DNA from: a virus | Lineage: Duplodnaviria; Heunggongvirae; Uroviricota; Caudoviricetes | IMG/VR virus record: IMGVR_UViG_2728369593_000018 | DNA: 7,115 nucleotides | Reading direction: 5' to 3' (one strand) | Part shown: positions 6,367-7,115 of the stretch, piece after piece | How the letters are laid out: the number at the start of each line of letters is the position of its first letter | Position numbering within the stretch: the first letter of the stretch is position 1 | Position numbers and translations under genes: made by a program | The notes under the pieces: generated by a model | Seen by the model: the letters and a program-made list of their open reading frames with translations, nothing else | The model's database searches: none | Told to the model about the DNA's origin: nothing

Positions 6367-6441
6367 GCCCTTTAGCTCAGTGGTGAGAGCGAGCGACTCA
6401 TAATCGCCAGGTCGCTGGTTCAAATCCAGCAAGGGCCACCA
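6367..6441 (+). tRNA. ileZ: tRNA-Ile2-like (anticodon CAU; ileZ/ileX-type), with a 6-nt T-loop
   Basis: Perfect acceptor stem GGCCCTT / AAGGGCC, D-arm GCTC-AGTGGTGA-GAGC, anticodon loop CTCATAA, encoded CCA. Closely resembles E. coli ileX as recalled, except the T-loop reads TCAAAT (6 nt) where ileX has TTCAAGT. Confidence 0.8.
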
Positions 6442-6442
6442 A

Positions 6443-6518
6443 CCGCCACTAGCCATCAGGAAAGAGCGTCAACCCTTTAAGTTGAGTGTGCGAGGTTCGA
6501 GTCCCCGGTGGTGGTCCA
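6443..6518 (+). tRNA. tRNA-like sequence in the argN position; degenerate D-stem and unusual anticodon loop CCTTTAA (possible pseudo-tRNA)
   Basis: Acceptor stem CCGCCAC / GTGGTGG (one G-U), T-arm CGAGG-TTCGAGT-CCCCG (one mismatch), anticodon stem TCAAC / GTTGA, encoded CCA. The D-stem pairs only 2 of 4 positions and position 33 is C rather than the near-universal U; anticodon would read UUU. Confidence 0.45.
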
Positions 6519-6533
6519 TTATCGGTATTTCTG

Positions 6534-6607
6534 CGTTGTTAGCTCAGCAGGACAGAGCAATTGCCTTCTAAGCAATCGGTCACTGGTTCGACTCCAGTAC
6601 AACGCGC
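6534..6607 (+). tRNA. argO: tRNA-Arg (anticodon UCU; argO/argU-type)
   Basis: Perfect acceptor stem GCGTTGT / ACAACGC, D-arm GCTC-AGCAGGACA-GAGC, anticodon loop CTTCTAA, T-arm ACTGG-TTCGACT-CCAGT. The 3' CCA is not encoded. Confidence 0.85.
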
Positions 6608-6622
6608 TACACTTATTTTCCC

Positions 6623-6648
6623 GGCTCGCTTTTGCGGGCCTTTTTTTT
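6623..6648 (+). terminator. rho-independent terminator after the tRNA cluster
   Basis: Stem GGCTCGC / GCGGGCC (one G-U) with TTTT loop followed by eight T residues. Confidence 0.6.
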
Positions 6649-6736
6649 AAATGTCTCACAATTCAGACGGTTGACAGTTGTCTGTTTTGCGGGGAGTTTG
6701 TTAAAAGAAACTGGCATGGTGAATCCCCCTGTGCGG

Positions 6737-6755
6737 CTGTCTCTTATACACAAAT
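6737..6755 (+). repeat. IS50-like terminal inverted repeat (left end)
   Basis: CTGTCTCTTATACACAAAT compared with the 19-bp Tn5 end sequences; immediately followed by a 9-bp stem hairpin CAAATCCCC-ACCC-GGGGATTTG. Confidence 0.7.
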
Positions 6756-6901
6756 CCCCACCCGGGGATTTGTGATGTCTGTCAGTCTGCTTTAGGGGGA
6801 CTCTTTCCATCCGGTAGTTTCCTTCCTCCCCGGCAGCGATTTTTTGAACTTTTTCCTCACCCGTTGATCTTCTCTTATATTTCATTTTCTTCGGGTCTGT
6901 T

Positions 6902-7115
6902 ATGGTACTTTCTGATTGTTATTCATGGGCTAACGAGCAGTTTGGACATGCCCGTCTCGGTGATCCGCGTCGTACACGACGCCTTGTGTCACTGGCCTCT
7001 TCTCTCGCTCAGCATGCAGGTCTTTCTATTGTGAAATCATCCCAGTCCCTGCTCAGGTTGAAGGTGCGTACCGCCTGATACGTAACCCGTCTGTGTCCCC
7101 GCAAGCCATTGCCGA
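6902..7115 (+). pseudogene. IS50-like transposase N-terminal region with an apparent single-base frameshift (3' partial)
   Basis: Frame A gives MVLSDCYSWANEQFGHARLGDPRRTRRLVSLASSLAQHAGLSIVKSSQS, matching Tn5 Tnp ...DWAKSVFSSAALGDPRRTARLVNVAAQLAKYSGKSITISS..., then hits TGA at 7076-7078. The homology continues in another frame as PAQVEGAYRLIRNPSVSPQAIA, matching Tn5 ...EAMQEGAYRFIRNPNVSAEAI. The shift maps to the C-run near 7046-7050. Confidence 0.6.

Larger units (their letters stand above)
6737..7115 (+). mobile_element. left end of an IS4-family, IS50(Tn5)-like insertion sequence, truncated by the window edge
   Basis: Terminal sequence CTGTCTCTTATACACAA at 6737-6753 is near-identical to the Tn5 outside/mosaic end (CTGACTCTTATACACAAGT / CTGTCTCTTATACACATCT). 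A transposase ORF about 150 nt inside aligns with the Tn5 transposase N-terminus. Confidence 0.7.

Noticed and set aside
6650-6736. Looked for the start of stxA or another late-operon cargo gene after the tRNA terminator
   Set aside because: Only about 90 bp of non-coding sequence precede the IS terminal repeat; no ORF or RBS is present.
6039-6885. ORFs overlapping the tRNA cluster, terminators and IS end (6039..6266 -, 6073..6456 -, 6200..6403 +, 6508..6795 +, 6613..6885 -)
   Set aside because: They run through tRNA genes, intrinsic terminators and the IS terminal repeat, and lack RBSs; the structured-RNA and IS interpretation explains the region better.
1-7115. CRISPR arrays, rRNA genes, integrase or attachment sites
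   Set aside because: No regularly spaced direct repeats, rRNA-like sequence or tyrosine/serine recombinase ORFs were seen in this window.

Overview
The window reads as a lambdoid prophage fragment from an enterobacterial (Escherichia/Shigella-type) genome, resembling the K-12 Qin nin-Q region and the Q-to-tRNA segment of Stx phages. All calls are from reading the sequence and the ORF track by eye; no searches were run. The right part (about 3250-6650) is a GC-richer late-regulatory block on the + strand: a hokD-type toxin, a small Rem-position ORF, a DUF968/HNH-like protein, RusA resolvase, a Q-position protein, a pR'-like promoter with a short leader and terminator, and three tRNA-type genes (Ile-CAU, a degenerate tRNA-like, Arg-UCU). 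Where Stx phages carry stxAB, the window instead ends in the left end of an IS50-like insertion sequence whose transposase is frameshifted. The left part (about 320-3250) is visibly AT-rich and looks foreign. It holds a QuuD-type Q homologue on the + strand and, on the - strand, a 258-aa protein with no recognisable family, a 213-aa protein with a PD-(D/E)xK-like nuclease motif, and possibly decayed small ORFs between them. This cassette sits where K-12 Qin carries relBE, directly upstream of hokD, and is the best candidate for an undescribed accessory (possibly defence or abortive-infection) module. No CRISPR array, rRNA, stx or relBE sequence was seen.
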